Part shown: piece by piece, positions 29,852-39,943 of the stretch
Layout: the number at the start of each line of letters is the position of its first letter
How positions within the stretch are numbered: the stretch's first letter is position 1
DNA from: an uncultured Yoonia sp.
GTDB taxonomy: Bacteria; Pseudomonadota; Alphaproteobacteria; Rhodobacterales; Rhodobacteraceae
Direction of reading: 5' to 3'
Assembly: GCA_965364065.1 (NCBI GenBank)
Contig: CBDTVI010000001.1
Coordinates: 1 to 47,018 of the forward strand
DNA: 47,018 nucleotides
Position numbers and translations under genes: made by a program
The notes under the pieces: generated by a model
The model's database searches: none
The model's input: only the letters and a program-made list of their open reading frames with translations
Told to the model about the DNA's origin: nothing

Positions 29852-31450
29852 TCAACCAATGGCTGCCGCTTTGACGTCATCGTCAATGAACGGCACGTAT
29901 TTTTCAAAGTTCTCACTGAACATCGAAACCAGCTTTTCGGCTTGGGCGTCGTAGCCCGCCTTATCAGCCCATGTATCGCGTGGGTTCAGAAGCCCATCAT
30001 CTACACCGTCTACTGAAACAGGCACTTCAAACCCAAAGTTAGGATCTTTGCGGAAGGTGCTTTCAATCAACGTCCCGTCAAGGGCTGCGGTTAATAGCGC
30101 ACGTGTCGCTTTGATCGGCATCCGAGAGCCGGTGCCATATGCGCCACCAGTCCAACCGGTATTCACCAACCAGCAGGTTGCCCCGTGGCTTGCGATTTTG
30201 CTACGCAGCAGGTTGCCGTAAACCTCTGGGCGGCGCGGCATGAAGGGTGCGCCAAAGCAGGTGCTGAATGTAGGTTCTGGTTCGGTCACACCGCGCTCTG
30301 TACCAGCAACCTTGGATGTGAAGCCGGACAAGAAGTGGTACATCGCCTGCGCTGGTGTCAGCCGTGAAATCGGGGGAAGCACACCAAATGCATCGCATGT
30401 CAGCATGATGATGTTTTTGGGGTGACCGCCAAGCGCTGTCTCAGATGCGTTAGAAATGTAGTTCAGCGGGTAGGCGCAGCGCATGTTAGCCGTAAGGCTG
30501 TCATCGTCGAAATCCAGCTCGAGTGTTTCTTGATCGAATACCATGTTCTCGATGACCGTGTGGGGCATGGAACATGTGGCGTAAATCTCAGGCTCTGCTT
30601 TGGGGTCAAGTCCGATGGTCTTGGCGTAGCAGCCACCCTCAAAGTTAAAGGTTCCACGATCAGACCAGCCATGTTCGTCGTCGCCGATCAAAACGCGTGT
30701 CGGATCGGCAGAGAGCGTCGTTTTGCCTGTACCGGACAGCCCAAAGAACACGGCCGTATCAACCGGATTACCGGGTGCGTGATTGGCCGAGCAGTGCATC
30801 GGCATGATGCCCTTTTCAGGCAGCAAGTAATTCAGCAGCGTAAAGACGGATTTCTTGTTCTCGCCGGCGTATTCCGTGCCGCCGATCAAGATCAGCTTCT
30901 TTTCAAAGTTCATCGCGATTACGGTTTCAGAGCGGCAACCATGTTTGGCCGGGTCCGCTTTGAAGCTGGGGCAGTTGATGACAGTGAAATCAGGTACAAA
31001 TGTCGCCAGTTCCGACGCATCGGGGCGTCGCAGTAAATGGCGAATGAAGAGGCCATGCCATGTCAGCTCTGTCACGACGCGTACATCGAGGCGGTGTGCT
31101 GGATCAGCGCCTCCGAATAAATCTTGAACGTTGTAAGTGCCGCCCTTCATGTGCGCCAACATGTCGGCATACAGAACGTCGAACTTATCTATCGCCATCG
31201 GCGGGTTATTTTCCCACCAAATTGTGTCCTCGACGCAAGGGGTCTTAACGACGAACTTGTCCTTAGGCGAACGGCCAGTGTGCTTGCCGGTCGTCACAAG
31301 GAACGTGCCACCTTTGCCGGTCACACCTTCGCCTGCGGCGACTGCTGCATCCTGCAATTCGGCTTCAGAGCGGTTGTAATACACATAACCCAGCCCTGTG
31401 ATGCCTTGATCGTCAAGTTTCATCGATGGGTTGACCGTACCGTGGTCCAT
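29852..31450 (-). CDS. pckA: Phosphoenolpyruvate carboxykinase (ATP)
   Basis: [31 protein letters not shown] and IGDDEHGW. Confidence 0.98.
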   Translation of the reverse strand: MDHGTVNPSMKLDDQGITGLGYVYYNRSEAELQDAAVAAGEGVTGKGGTFLVTTGKHTGRSPKDKFVVKTPCVEDTIWWENNPPMAIDKFDVLYADMLAHMKGGTYNVQDLFGGADPAHRLDVRVVTELTWHGLFIRHLLRRPDASELATFVPDFTVINCPSFKADPAKHGCRSETVIAMNFEKKLILIGGTEYAGENKKSVFTLLNYLLPEKGIMPMHCSANHAPGNPVDTAVFFGLSGTGKTTLSADPTRVLIGDDEHGWSDRGTFNFEGGCYAKTIGLDPKAEPEIYATCSMPHTVIENMVFDQETLELDFDDDSLTANMRCAYPLNYISNASETALGGHPKNIIMLTCDAFGVLPPISRLTPAQAMYHFLSGFTSKVAGTERGVTEPEPTFSTCFGAPFMPRRPEVYGNLLRSKIASHGATCWLVNTGWTGGAYGTGSRMPIKATRALLTAALDGTLIESTFRKDPNFGFEVPVSVDGVDDGLLNPRDTWADKAGYDAQAEKLVSMFSENFEKYVPFIDDDVKAAAIG

Positions 31451-31542
31451 GGGTTCGCTCCTTCATATGTGACGCCTGAAAATGGCTAGCGATGCCCTTC
31501 AATAGCACCATGTTTTGAAAGGCCGATACCCCATGCGGGTAT

Positions 31543-31576
31543 AGTTAGCGCAACCATTTTAATGTTAGCGCAATCA
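31543..31576. promoter_or_regulatory. Two LacI-family (CceR-like) operator candidates upstream of pckA
   Basis: gttagcgcaa repeated at 31544 and 31564 (20-bp spacing). Each is a near match to TGTT-N6-AACA with a central GCGC. Confidence 0.55.
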
Positions 31577-31750
31577 CTGTGGATGATCGGCGGGAATGCC
31601 CTGATAATACCTGCAGCACTGGCAAAAATGAACCAATTAAGGCAGGATTGTGGCGTGGATTCAGTTAACAGTTGATTCGCTTGGATAAAAAGAAGAAAAG
31701 TCGGAAACAGTGCCGTATTTTTGGCGCGCTAGATTTCAAGGAAATGTTGT

Positions 31751-32452
31751 ATGTCCAGAATTGCATTAGTAGACGACGACCGTAACATTCTGACCTCAGT
31801 CGCGATGACGCTTGAGGCAGAAGGGTTCGAGGTCGAGACCTATACTGATGGCCAGTCAGCTTTGGATGCCTTTAACAAACGCATGCCTGATATGGCGGTT
31901 TTGGACATAAAAATGCCCCGTATGGACGGGATGGACCTGCTCCAGCGACTACGCCAAAAGACCGCGATGCCCGTTATTTTCTTGACGTCTAAGGACGACG
32001 AGATCGATGAAGTCCTTGGTTTGCGTATGGGTGCTGATGATTACGTAAAAAAGCCATTTTCCCAGCGTTTACTTGTGGAAAGGATTCGCGCCTTGCTGCG
32101 CCGTCAAGATGCGCTCGCAGGCGAAGAAATCGAAGAAACCGAAGAGACAAAGGTCATGATCCGCGGAGAGCTGGTGATGGACCCGCTGCGTCACGCAGTG
32201 AAATGGAAAGGCCAAGACGTATCGCTTACTGTTACGGAATTTTTGCTACTTCAAGCGCTTGCGCAGCGTCCCGGCTTTGTCAAAAGCCGCGATCAGCTCA
32301 TGGATGTGGCCTATGATGACCAAGTTTACGTGGACGACCGCACAATCGACAGCCACATCAAACGGTTGCGCAAAAAGATGCGCAATACCGACAGTGAATT
32401 TTCAGCGATCGAAACGCTTTATGGCATCGGTTACCGTTACAACGAAGAGTAA
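31751..32452 (+). CDS. chvI: Response regulator ChvI (OmpR family)
   Basis: [36 protein letters not shown] and [11 protein letters not shown]; divergent from pckA. Confidence 0.95.
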   Translation: MSRIALVDDDRNILTSVAMTLEAEGFEVETYTDGQSALDAFNKRMPDMAVLDIKMPRMDGMDLLQRLRQKTAMPVIFLTSKDDEIDEVLGLRMGADDYVKKPFSQRLLVERIRALLRRQDALAGEEIEETEETKVMIRGELVMDPLRHAVKWKGQDVSLTVTEFLLLQALAQRPGFVKSRDQLMDVAYDDQVYVDDRTIDSHIKRLRKKMRNTDSEFSAIETLYGIGYRYNEE

Positions 32453-32455
32453 ACC

Positions 32456-34180
32456 ATGACTGCAGCGCCGAAAATTGACGTACGCGACCTGAAATCGGTT
32501 CGTGCGGCGGCCCGGACGCCTGACCTTGTGTTGGGTGAAGACTGGGTTGGTGCGAACAGTGACGATAGTGAAACTGTGCAGCGTGGCCGATTGGCGACGT
32601 TGCGGTACTCGCCGATTGCGCGCAAGATTGTCACCTTCAACCTTGTTGCCTTGATCTTGTTGATTGCTGGCGTGCTTTACCTAAGTCCGTCTCGCGACAG
32701 TCTTGCGTTCCAACGCGCCAAGGGATTGGTCAACGAGGCGCAATTGATCGCGGACGTTTTCGAGGCCCGCTTGCCAACAATCGCCCCAGTCGATCTTTTG
32801 TCCGCAGATGGTATCGATCCTGAGGCCACTCTCGCAGCGCTTGATTTGCGCGGGGGCGTCGAGGTAACCGTTTTCTCGACTGACGCGGTTTACGTGACAA
32901 GCGCAATTGGCACGCTTTCCGTGGAAGAAGTCGCAGACCTTGAACTGCAGACTGGCGGGACATTTCTAACTGATTTCTTCTCCGACCTTTGGGTAAGTGC
33001 TGCCGCGATGATGCCTTTTGGCTCAGGTGATGCCGACCCTACGAAAACACAGGTACAACTTTCACAAGACAATGTGCGCGATGCAATTGCCAACGGTACA
33101 CAGCTCGAGGCGTCCAAACTGGGCGGGGACACCAGCTTTATTGTGACAACACCAATCTTGCGTAACGGTGTGGCCGTTGGGGTCATTGCTGTGACCACTG
33201 CCGCTGGCGAAGTGGACAGCCTTTTGCGTCGTGAACGCGAGCAATATTTACGCCTGTTTATGGTCGGTATCTTGATTAGCGTCGGCCTAAGCCTCGTTTT
33301 GGCATCCACCATCGCGAACCCGCTTGCGCAATTGGCGACGGCCGCCGAAGCCAGTCAAGAAAAGAACGCACGAAAGATGTCGCCTGTTAAAGTGCACATC
33401 CCTGATTTCACCGGCAGACCCGATGAGATCGGTCGTCTCTCGGGCGCGCTGCGCAGCATGGTTCGCGCTCTTTATAAACGCATTGAAGGCAACGAACAGT
33501 TTGCCGCTGATGTAGCCCATGAGATTAAGAATCCGCTGGCCTCGCTCCGTTCTGCGGTGGGAACCATGCGTGTCGCCAAGCGTGAAGACCAGCGTGAACA
33601 GCTGCTGGTAATCATTGAACATGACGTCAAACGCCTTGACCGGTTGGTCAGCGATATCTCTAACGCGTCGCGTCTTGATAGTGAGCTTGTCAAAGAAGAA
33701 GAAGAGACATTCGATCTGGTTCAAATGCTGCGCAATATCGCAGATTTCTTAGGCAAGGACGCAAAGCTGCGCGGGGTCGATTTTGTAGCTGACCTGCCTG
33801 CCGACGCAATTATGGTTCAGGGTCTTGAAGGGCGTTTGGCACAGGTTTTTGTCAACCTGATTTCCAATGCGATTTCGTTCTGCGAAAAAGGCGATGCAAT
33901 CCGGATTTGGGCGCGTACCCGTAAGAACCGCGTGTTGATCGTTGTCGAAGACACAGGGCCCGGCATTCCGGACGATTCCCTGACGAAGATTTTCCAACGC
34001 TTTTATTCGGAACGCCCCGCCGGTCAGTTCGGCAATAATTCCGGCCTTGGCCTTGCGATTTCTAAGCAGATTGTCACAGCGCATGCGGGCGTCATCTGGG
34101 CTGAGAACATCCGGCCCACGGACGCCGACCCAACGTCAGAGCCATTGGGCGCGCGTTTCGTCGTTGGTATCCCGATATAA
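32456..34180 (+). CDS. chvG: Sensor histidine kinase ChvG
   Basis: Two TMs, HAMP (RPDEIGRLS), H-box FAADVAHEIKNPL, N-box NLISNA and G-boxes DTGPGI and SGLGLAIS. Confidence 0.95.
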   Translation: MTAAPKIDVRDLKSVRAAARTPDLVLGEDWVGANSDDSETVQRGRLATLRYSPIARKIVTFNLVALILLIAGVLYLSPSRDSLAFQRAKGLVNEAQLIADVFEARLPTIAPVDLLSADGIDPEATLAALDLRGGVEVTVFSTDAVYVTSAIGTLSVEEVADLELQTGGTFLTDFFSDLWVSAAAMMPFGSGDADPTKTQVQLSQDNVRDAIANGTQLEASKLGGDTSFIVTTPILRNGVAVGVIAVTTAAGEVDSLLRREREQYLRLFMVGILISVGLSLVLASTIANPLAQLATAAEASQEKNARKMSPVKVHIPDFTGRPDEIGRLSGALRSMVRALYKRIEGNEQFAADVAHEIKNPLASLRSAVGTMRVAKREDQREQLLVIIEHDVKRLDRLVSDISNASRLDSELVKEEEETFDLVQMLRNIADFLGKDAKLRGVDFVADLPADAIMVQGLEGRLAQVFVNLISNAISFCEKGDAIRIWARTRKNRVLIVVEDTGPGIPDDSLTKIFQRFYSERPAGQFGNNSGLGLAISKQIVTAHAGVIWAENIRPTDADPTSEPLGARFVVGIPI

Positions 34181-34183
34181 AGC

Positions 34184-34603
34184 ATGGCGGAAACGGTGCA
34201 TGCCACTTGCGTGTCTTGGCAAGGCAAAGCTGTACTGATTACCGGACACGCAGGTGCGGGCAAATCGACGCTCGGTTTGCAACTCATGGCGCTGGGCTGC
34301 GGCCTGATTGCAGATGACCGCACGGTATTGGAAGCGTCAGATGGTCAGGTCTTTGCCAGATGCCCTCCTACGCTAACAGGTCTGATCGAAGCGCGCGGAA
34401 TAGGCATTTTGACGGCCGGGGCCGCGCCATCCGCCACGGTCCATTTGGTCGTCGATCTGGATCAAACCGAGGCCGAACGACTGCCGCCGCGACGCTACAA
34501 CACAGTTTTAGGATGCAATCTGCCCTTGATCTGGCGCGTAGAAGGCGCACAGTTCGCCCCAGCAATTCTGCAGATCCTCAAATCGGGTTGGAGCGATAGA
34601 TGA
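34184..34603 (+). CDS. hprK: HPr kinase/phosphorylase (short alphaproteobacterial type)
   Basis: [21 protein letters not shown] and [10 protein letters not shown]. Confidence 0.9.
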   Translation: MAETVHATCVSWQGKAVLITGHAGAGKSTLGLQLMALGCGLIADDRTVLEASDGQVFARCPPTLTGLIEARGIGILTAGAAPSATVHLVVDLDQTEAERLPPRRYNTVLGCNLPLIWRVEGAQFAPAILQILKSGWSDR

Positions 34604-35514
34604 CGGAACCGGCCCACGACCCTCTAGCCAAAACACCATCGCTTGTTCTGGTCACCGGACCGTCGGGCGCTGGACGTTCAACCGCGATTAACGCTCTTGA
34701 AGATCTGGGGTATGAGGTGATCGACAACCTTCCCCTATCCTTGCTGCCGCGCCTGCTAGAGGGTCCGCCGCCCAGCCGCCCCCTGGCTTTGGGCCTAGAT
34801 GTGCGCAACCGCGATTTTGGTGTGGATGCTTTGATCGCCGCGATTGACCAGCTTGCGGGCAAAACCGATGTTTCGGCGCAGGTGCTGTATCTCGATGCCG
34901 ATGAAGAGGAGCTGGTCAAACGCTACTCTGAGACACGCAGGCGCCACCCCTTGGCCCCCGCAGGCCCCCCCTTGGCCGGTATCGCGGCAGAGCGTGAACT
35001 GCTGATCCCCGTGCGCGCCCGCGCCGATGTGCTGATTGAGACGACAGGTATGTCTCCGCATGATCTGCGTGCCGAAATTGAGCAGTGGTTTGGTACGGGT
35101 GAAGGCGGAAAACTGGGGGTGACCTTGCATTCGTTTTCATACAAGCGCGGGCTGCCACGGGGCATGGATATCGTGATGGACTGTCGTTTTCTGCGCAATC
35201 CGCATTGGGACGAAGCTTTGCGCGCGCGCGATGGTCGTGATGCCGAAGTGGCAGCCTATGTCGCCGCAGACCCACGCTTTGATGCGTTCTTTGCGCAAGT
35301 GAAATCACTGATCGATTTGTTGCTGCCTGCCCACAAGGATGAAGGCAAAGCGCATTTGTCGATTGGATTTGGGTGTACGGGCGGCAAACACCGCTCTGTT
35401 ATGATGACCGAAGGCATGGCTTCTGCCCTTGCGCAAGACGGCTGGCATGTGTCTAAGCGTCACCGCGAGCTAGAGCGTCGTTTGGGCCAAGGCAGCAAGG
35501 AAAACGCAGTTTGA
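34600..35514 (+). CDS. rapZ: RNase adapter RapZ (YhbJ/YvcJ) P-loop protein
   Basis: [32 protein letters not shown] and [10 protein letters not shown]. Confidence 0.95.
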   Translation: MTEPAHDPLAKTPSLVLVTGPSGAGRSTAINALEDLGYEVIDNLPLSLLPRLLEGPPPSRPLALGLDVRNRDFGVDALIAAIDQLAGKTDVSAQVLYLDADEEELVKRYSETRRRHPLAPAGPPLAGIAAERELLIPVRARADVLIETTGMSPHDLRAEIEQWFGTGEGGKLGVTLHSFSYKRGLPRGMDIVMDCRFLRNPHWDEALRARDGRDAEVAAYVAADPRFDAFFAQVKSLIDLLLPAHKDEGKAHLSIGFGCTGGKHRSVMMTEGMASALAQDGWHVSKRHRELERRLGQGSKENAV

Positions 35515-35906
35515 TTGGTATTGTCATCGTCGCACATGGTGGGCTTGCGAAAGAGTATCGCGCAGCGGTTGAACATGTTGTCGGCCCGCAGCCCGGAATG
35601 GTCAGTATTGCCATTGGCCCCGAAGATGACCGCGCTGAAAAACAAACCGAGATTTGCGATGCCGCTGACAGCGTTGATACTGGCGACGGGGTCGTGATTG
35701 TGACGGATATGTTTGGCGGATCGCCCACAAATCTGTCCCTGCGCGCCTGTAGCCCCGAAAACCGCCGCATCCTTTATGGTGCCAATCTGCCAATGCTGAT
35801 CAAGCTCGCCAAATCGCGCAGTGCCACAGTGCCTGACGCGGTCGAAGCTGCGATTGCTGCGGCACATAAGTACATCAACAGCCATAATGGCGGAATGCCA
35901 CAATGA
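35511..35906 (+). CDS. PTS EIIA component, mannose/fructose type (ManX-like)
   Basis: [22 protein letters not shown] and [12 protein letters not shown] start overlaps the rapZ stop. Confidence 0.92.
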   Translation: MIGIVIVAHGGLAKEYRAAVEHVVGPQPGMVSIAIGPEDDRAEKQTEICDAADSVDTGDGVVIVTDMFGGSPTNLSLRACSPENRRILYGANLPMLIKLAKSRSATVPDAVEAAIAAAHKYINSHNGGMPQ

Positions 35907-36172
35907 TAAAACAGCGTCTTGAAATTCAAAATATCAAAGGCCTCCATGCACGCGCATCTGCCAAGTTTGTTGAGGTCGTCGAAAGTTTTGATGCCGATGC
36001 AAAGGTGTGTAAAGACGGCGAAACCACGGGTGGCGATAGCATCATGGGACTTTTAATGTTGGCAGCTTCCATTGGAACATTTATTGATGTGGAAACAAGT
36101 GGCCCTCAAGCAGATGCGCTGGCGGCTGCGATTGAGAACCTTGTCGTTGATAAGTTTGGCGAAGGTGACTGA
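35903..36172 (+). CDS. HPr family phosphocarrier (HPr/NPr)
   Basis: GLHARASAKFV (phospho-His) and SIMGLLML (regulatory Ser). Confidence 0.95.
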   Translation: MIKQRLEIQNIKGLHARASAKFVEVVESFDADAKVCKDGETTGGDSIMGLLMLAASIGTFIDVETSGPQADALAAAIENLVVDKFGEGD

Positions 36173-36201
36173 CGTTATTTGGATCGGATAGGACAAGATA
36201 A

Positions 36202-37080
36202 TTGACCGAATCGACCCCCAAAACAGCTACTGTTCCTCTTGGACTGGAACAGCCGCCGCCCGTTTATGACCGGCGAAATCTAACTTATTCAGGCACTTTT
36301 GACAGCCCGTTCAAGCGCGGTGCGATCAAAACCATCGAATGGTGTTCGGGCAAAATCCACATCATCCGCATGATCCGCAAGTTTGAAAAACGTGGCAAAG
36401 TACGTGGCCCTGGTTTTTGGCGTGCTGTTCTGGATGTCATGGGCATTGATCTGATGACCCCGCAAGACCAGTTGAACCTTATCCCAAAAACCGGCCCTGT
36501 CGTTGTGGTGGCCAACCACCCGCATGGTTTGGTGGATGGGTTGATCATGGCCGAATTGATTGGCTGCGTACGCCCTGACTACCGTATTTTGACCCGCGCG
36601 TTTCTGACTGATCTTGACGAGGACGCAGGTCAATATTTGATCCCTGTCCCGTTTCCGCACGAAGAAGACGCCCAAGCCAAGATGGTCGAGATGCGCAAGC
36701 AAGCAATGGCGCACCTAAAAGAGGGCGGAGTGATTGCACTGTTCCCATCAGGTGTTGTCGCGTCTTCAAATTCGATGTTCGGCCCGATGGTTGAGGACGA
36801 ATGGAATCTTTTCACAGCCAAGATGATCCGCACGTCCGGTGCACGCGTTGTGCCGCTGTTCTTTCCCGGAGCGAATTCGCGCTGGTATCAAATGGCCAAT
36901 CAAATTTCTGCAACGCTACGCCAAAGCCTGTTGATTCATGAGATTGTGAACGCCTGCGGCAAGCCTCAAAAACCCATTGTGGGTGCGCCGCTTGATGATG
37001 CCGAGGTCCAAGAACGTCTGAAAGACCCCCGTGCCTGCATGGCGTGGATGCGCGATGTGACGCTGAACCTGAAAGACTAG
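36202..37080 (+). CDS. Lysophospholipid acyltransferase family protein, probable SalA (sulfur-aminolipid acyltransferase) orthologue
   Basis: VANHPHGLVDG and LFPSG acyltransferase motifs; TTG start. The position between HPr and hbd matches my recollection of the Ruegeria pomeroyi salA locus. Confidence 0.8.
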   Translation: MTESTPKTATVPLGLEQPPPVYDRRNLTYSGTFDSPFKRGAIKTIEWCSGKIHIIRMIRKFEKRGKVRGPGFWRAVLDVMGIDLMTPQDQLNLIPKTGPVVVVANHPHGLVDGLIMAELIGCVRPDYRILTRAFLTDLDEDAGQYLIPVPFPHEEDAQAKMVEMRKQAMAHLKEGGVIALFPSGVVASSNSMFGPMVEDEWNLFTAKMIRTSGARVVPLFFPGANSRWYQMANQISATLRQSLLIHEIVNACGKPQKPIVGAPLDDAEVQERLKDPRACMAWMRDVTLNLKD

Positions 37081-37952
37081 CGGGTCGGGACGGGGATTTC
37101 GCCGCGATAGTCATAGAATCCACGGTCCGACTTGCGGCCCAGCCAGCCAGCTTCGACGTATTTTGTCAGCAACGGGCAGGGACGGTATTTGGTATCTGCC
37201 AGTCCGTCATGCAGCACGTTCATGATCGCCAAACAGGTGTCCAAGCCGATAAAGTCCGCCAGTTCCAGCGGACCCATCGGGTGGTTCGCACCCAGCTTGA
37301 GCGAGGTGTCGATTGATTTTACTGAACCCACACCTTCGTAAAGCGTATAGATTGCTTCGTTGATCATCGGCATCAGAATGCGATTGACGATGAATGCGGG
37401 GAAATCTTCGGCAGTGGCCGATGTTTTGCCTAAGCGTTCCACGACTGCATAGCAGGCTTTGAAAGTTGGCTCGTCGGTCGCAATTCCGCGGATCAATTCG
37501 ACAAGCTGCATGATCGGCACGGGGTTCATAAAGTGGAAACCCATGAATTTCTCAGGGCGGTCTGTGCGTGAGGCCAGCCGTGTGATCGAAATGGACGACG
37601 TGTTCGATGTCAGGATCGTGTCCGGCTTAAGGTGCGGCACGAGGTCCTCGAAAATGGCGGCCTTGATCGTCTCGCGTTCTGTCGCGGCTTCGATGATCAG
37701 GTCGGTTTGGCCCAAATCAGTCAACGTTTGGGTCGTGCCAATTCGCGCGAGGGCTTCGGATTTTGCGGTCTCAGTTATCAACTCTTTGCTAACTTGCCGT
37801 TCAAGGTTGCGGTCGATTATATCAATCGCCGCCTGAAGGGCGTCTGCGCTGATGTCGTTCATCAACACTTCGTATCCAGCAAGGGCAAAGACATGCGCAA
37901 TCCCGTTGCCCATCTGGCCTGCGCCTACGATGCCTACCTGTTCAATTGCCAT
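37077..37952 (-). CDS. hbd: 3-hydroxybutyryl-CoA dehydrogenase
   Basis: GAGQMGNGIA, SNTSSISIT, HFMNPVP, FIVNRIL, HPMGPLELADFIGLD and GRKSDRGFY. Confidence 0.93.
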   Translation of the reverse strand: MAIEQVGIVGAGQMGNGIAHVFALAGYEVLMNDISADALQAAIDIIDRNLERQVSKELITETAKSEALARIGTTQTLTDLGQTDLIIEAATERETIKAAIFEDLVPHLKPDTILTSNTSSISITRLASRTDRPEKFMGFHFMNPVPIMQLVELIRGIATDEPTFKACYAVVERLGKTSATAEDFPAFIVNRILMPMINEAIYTLYEGVGSVKSIDTSLKLGANHPMGPLELADFIGLDTCLAIMNVLHDGLADTKYRPCPLLTKYVEAGWLGRKSDRGFYDYRGEIPVPTR

Positions 37953-38110
37953 GATCATTTCCTCGTCTGTTGGTTGCACCATAGGCCCGTGCGGGGGTGC
38001 GCTTCAAGACAGATCAGCGGCTAAAAATTTAGGCAAAGTTTAGCATTAGCAATTTGTCAAAGCGAATGCGCGAATCTGGGTTTGGGTAGAATTCAATAGG
38101 GGCAAGAATT

Positions 38111-38956
38111 ATGAAGCAAGAAACACTCGAACCAGAAATATTATCTTACTCACCCTGTCGCTATGGGGCGTCACGGGTGTTGTTTCGTGGGCCGCGCAAA
38201 AGGCTAGATCAACCCTATTTGGCTTTTCTGGGTGGAACCGAGACATATGGCAAGTTTATTGAAAAGCCGTTTCCAACGCTTGTCGAAAAGGCGATGCGGC
38301 AGACCTGCGTCAATTTTGGCTGCGTCAACGGCGGCATTGATGCTTTTGTGAATGACGCGACGGTCATGGATATTTGCCATAATGCGGAATTGACTGTCGT
38401 GCAGGTCATGGGGGCAAATTTGCTGTCCAACAGATTCTTTACGGTTCATCCGCGCCGCAATGATCGGTTCTTGCAGGCATCAACGGTGCTAAAGGCGATT
38501 TATCACGATGTCGACTTTGCGGAATTTGCGTTCACGCGGCACATGTTGGGCGCCCTACATAACAAATCGATTGAGCGGTTTGAGACGGTGGTCAATGAAC
38601 TGCGCGAAGCGTGGATGGCGCGGATGAACCGCTTGCTTGACCAAGTCGGAGAGAACGTCGTTCTGCTTTGGTTTTCCGAAACGGTGCCGTCGGATGCGCC
38701 TTGGTCTGAATCGTTGAACCAATTGCAGGTTGATCCGTTGTTTGTCACGAACGAGATGATCGAGCGGCTGCGTCCATCTGTCAAAGATGTGATCATAGCG
38801 CAGCCTTCGCGGGATGCGCTCACCCGCGGGACCAACGGTATGGTTTATCCAATTTCACAGAAAAGGGCCGCGCATGAAATGTTGGGGGTCGATTGCCACA
38901 AAGAGGCGGCGGCGGCGTTGATCCCGAAAATTCGTGATCAGTTATATACAATTTAA
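38111..38956 (+). CDS. DUF6473-like hypothetical protein
   Basis: 281-aa ORF filling the hbd-etfA gap; YSPCRYG..FRGP, FLGGTETYGKF and VHPRRNDRF motifs recognised as this Rhodobacteraceae family. Confidence 0.75.
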   Translation: MKQETLEPEILSYSPCRYGASRVLFRGPRKRLDQPYLAFLGGTETYGKFIEKPFPTLVEKAMRQTCVNFGCVNGGIDAFVNDATVMDICHNAELTVVQVMGANLLSNRFFTVHPRRNDRFLQASTVLKAIYHDVDFAEFAFTRHMLGALHNKSIERFETVVNELREAWMARMNRLLDQVGENVVLLWFSETVPSDAPWSESLNQLQVDPLFVTNEMIERLRPSVKDVIIAQPSRDALTRGTNGMVYPISQKRAAHEMLGVDCHKEAAAALIPKIRDQLYTI

Positions 38957-38958
38957 CG

Positions 38959-38991
38959 AAAAAAGGGCCCGCACAGTTTTTGTGCGGGCCC
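38959..38991 (-). terminator. Rho-independent terminator of etfBA (possibly bidirectional)
   Basis: 11-bp perfect stem gggcccgcaca/tgtgcgggccc with a 5-nt loop; A6 tract at 38959-38964 is a U tract on the minus strand. Confidence 0.85.
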
Positions 38992-39016
38992 CTCTGAGAC
39001 GTTTATGTCGTTCGAC

Positions 39017-39943
39017 TTATAGCTTGCTCGTAAGCTCTGGCACTGCATCAAACAGGTCAGCAACTAAACCAAAGTCAGCGACTTGAAATATTGGCGCTTC
39101 TTCGTCTTTGTTGATGGCTACGATGATCTTGCTGTCTTTCATGCCTGCCAAGTGCTGGATCGCACCGGAAATGCCGACTGCAACATAAAGGTCAGGGGCG
39201 ACAACTTTGCCGGTTTGTCCGACCTGCCAATCGTTTGGTGCATAGCCACTGTCGACAGCGGCACGAGATGCGCCAACAGCCGCATTTAGCTTGTCTGCGA
39301 GGGCTTCGATCAATGCGAAATCCGCTTCTGATCCGACACCGCGACCACCTGATACAACAACACCAGCGGATGTCAGTTCGGGACGGTCAGAGGTGGCGAC
39401 CTTGTCTTCGATCCATTCGGACAGACCTGGGTTGCCAGCTGAACCAATGCTTTCGATGGACGCGGATCCACCCATGCCAGCCGCATCATAGCCTGCTGTG
39501 CGGATCGTCATAACTTTGACGGCATCAGAGGATTTGACAGTTTGGATCGCGTTGCCTGCATAGATCGGGCGCTCGAATGTGTCGGCGTCAATAACGGCAG
39601 TCACCTCAGAGATCACCATCGCGTCCAAGAGTGCTGCGACACGCGGCATCACGTTCTTGGCGTCGGTTGTGCCAGGTGCCGCGATATGTGTGTAATCGCC
39701 AGCCAGAGATACAATCAGGTCTGCAGTCGGTTCGGCCAAACGGTGACCAAGTGCTGCATCCTCGGCGCAAAGTACCTTGGATACGCCATCAATCTTTGCA
39801 GCCTCTTCAGCCGCAGCTTGTGCTGTGGCGCCGGCACAAAGCACGATGATATCGCCAAGCGCCTTTACCGCAGAGACGGCCTTTGCAGTTGCATCAACGG
39901 CCAATGCGCCGTCGGTGACTTCACCAATTAGAAGTACAGCCAT
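39017..39943 (-). CDS. etfA: Electron transfer flavoprotein alpha subunit
   Basis: [32 protein letters not shown] and [12 protein letters not shown]. Confidence 0.97.
   Translation of the reverse strand: MAVLLIGEVTDGALAVDATAKAVSAVKALGDIIVLCAGATAQAAAEEAAKIDGVSKVLCAEDAALGHRLAEPTADLIVSLAGDYTHIAAPGTTDAKNVMPRVAALLDAMVISEVTAVIDADTFERPIYAGNAIQTVKSSDAVKVMTIRTAGYDAAGMGGSASIESIGSAGNPGLSEWIEDKVATSDRPELTSAGVVVSGGRGVGSEADFALIEALADKLNAAVGASRAAVDSGYAPNDWQVGQTGKVVAPDLYVAVGISGAIQHLAGMKDSKIIVAINKDEEAPIFQVADFGLVADLFDAVPELTSKL

Noticed and set aside
38029..38044. CtrA-box-like TTAG-N7-TTAGC upstream of DUF6473 (and TTCA-N7-TTAG before the MCP)
   Set aside because: Two mismatches to TTAA-N7-TTAA in AT-rich intergenic DNA are too weak without a matrix scan or conservation data.
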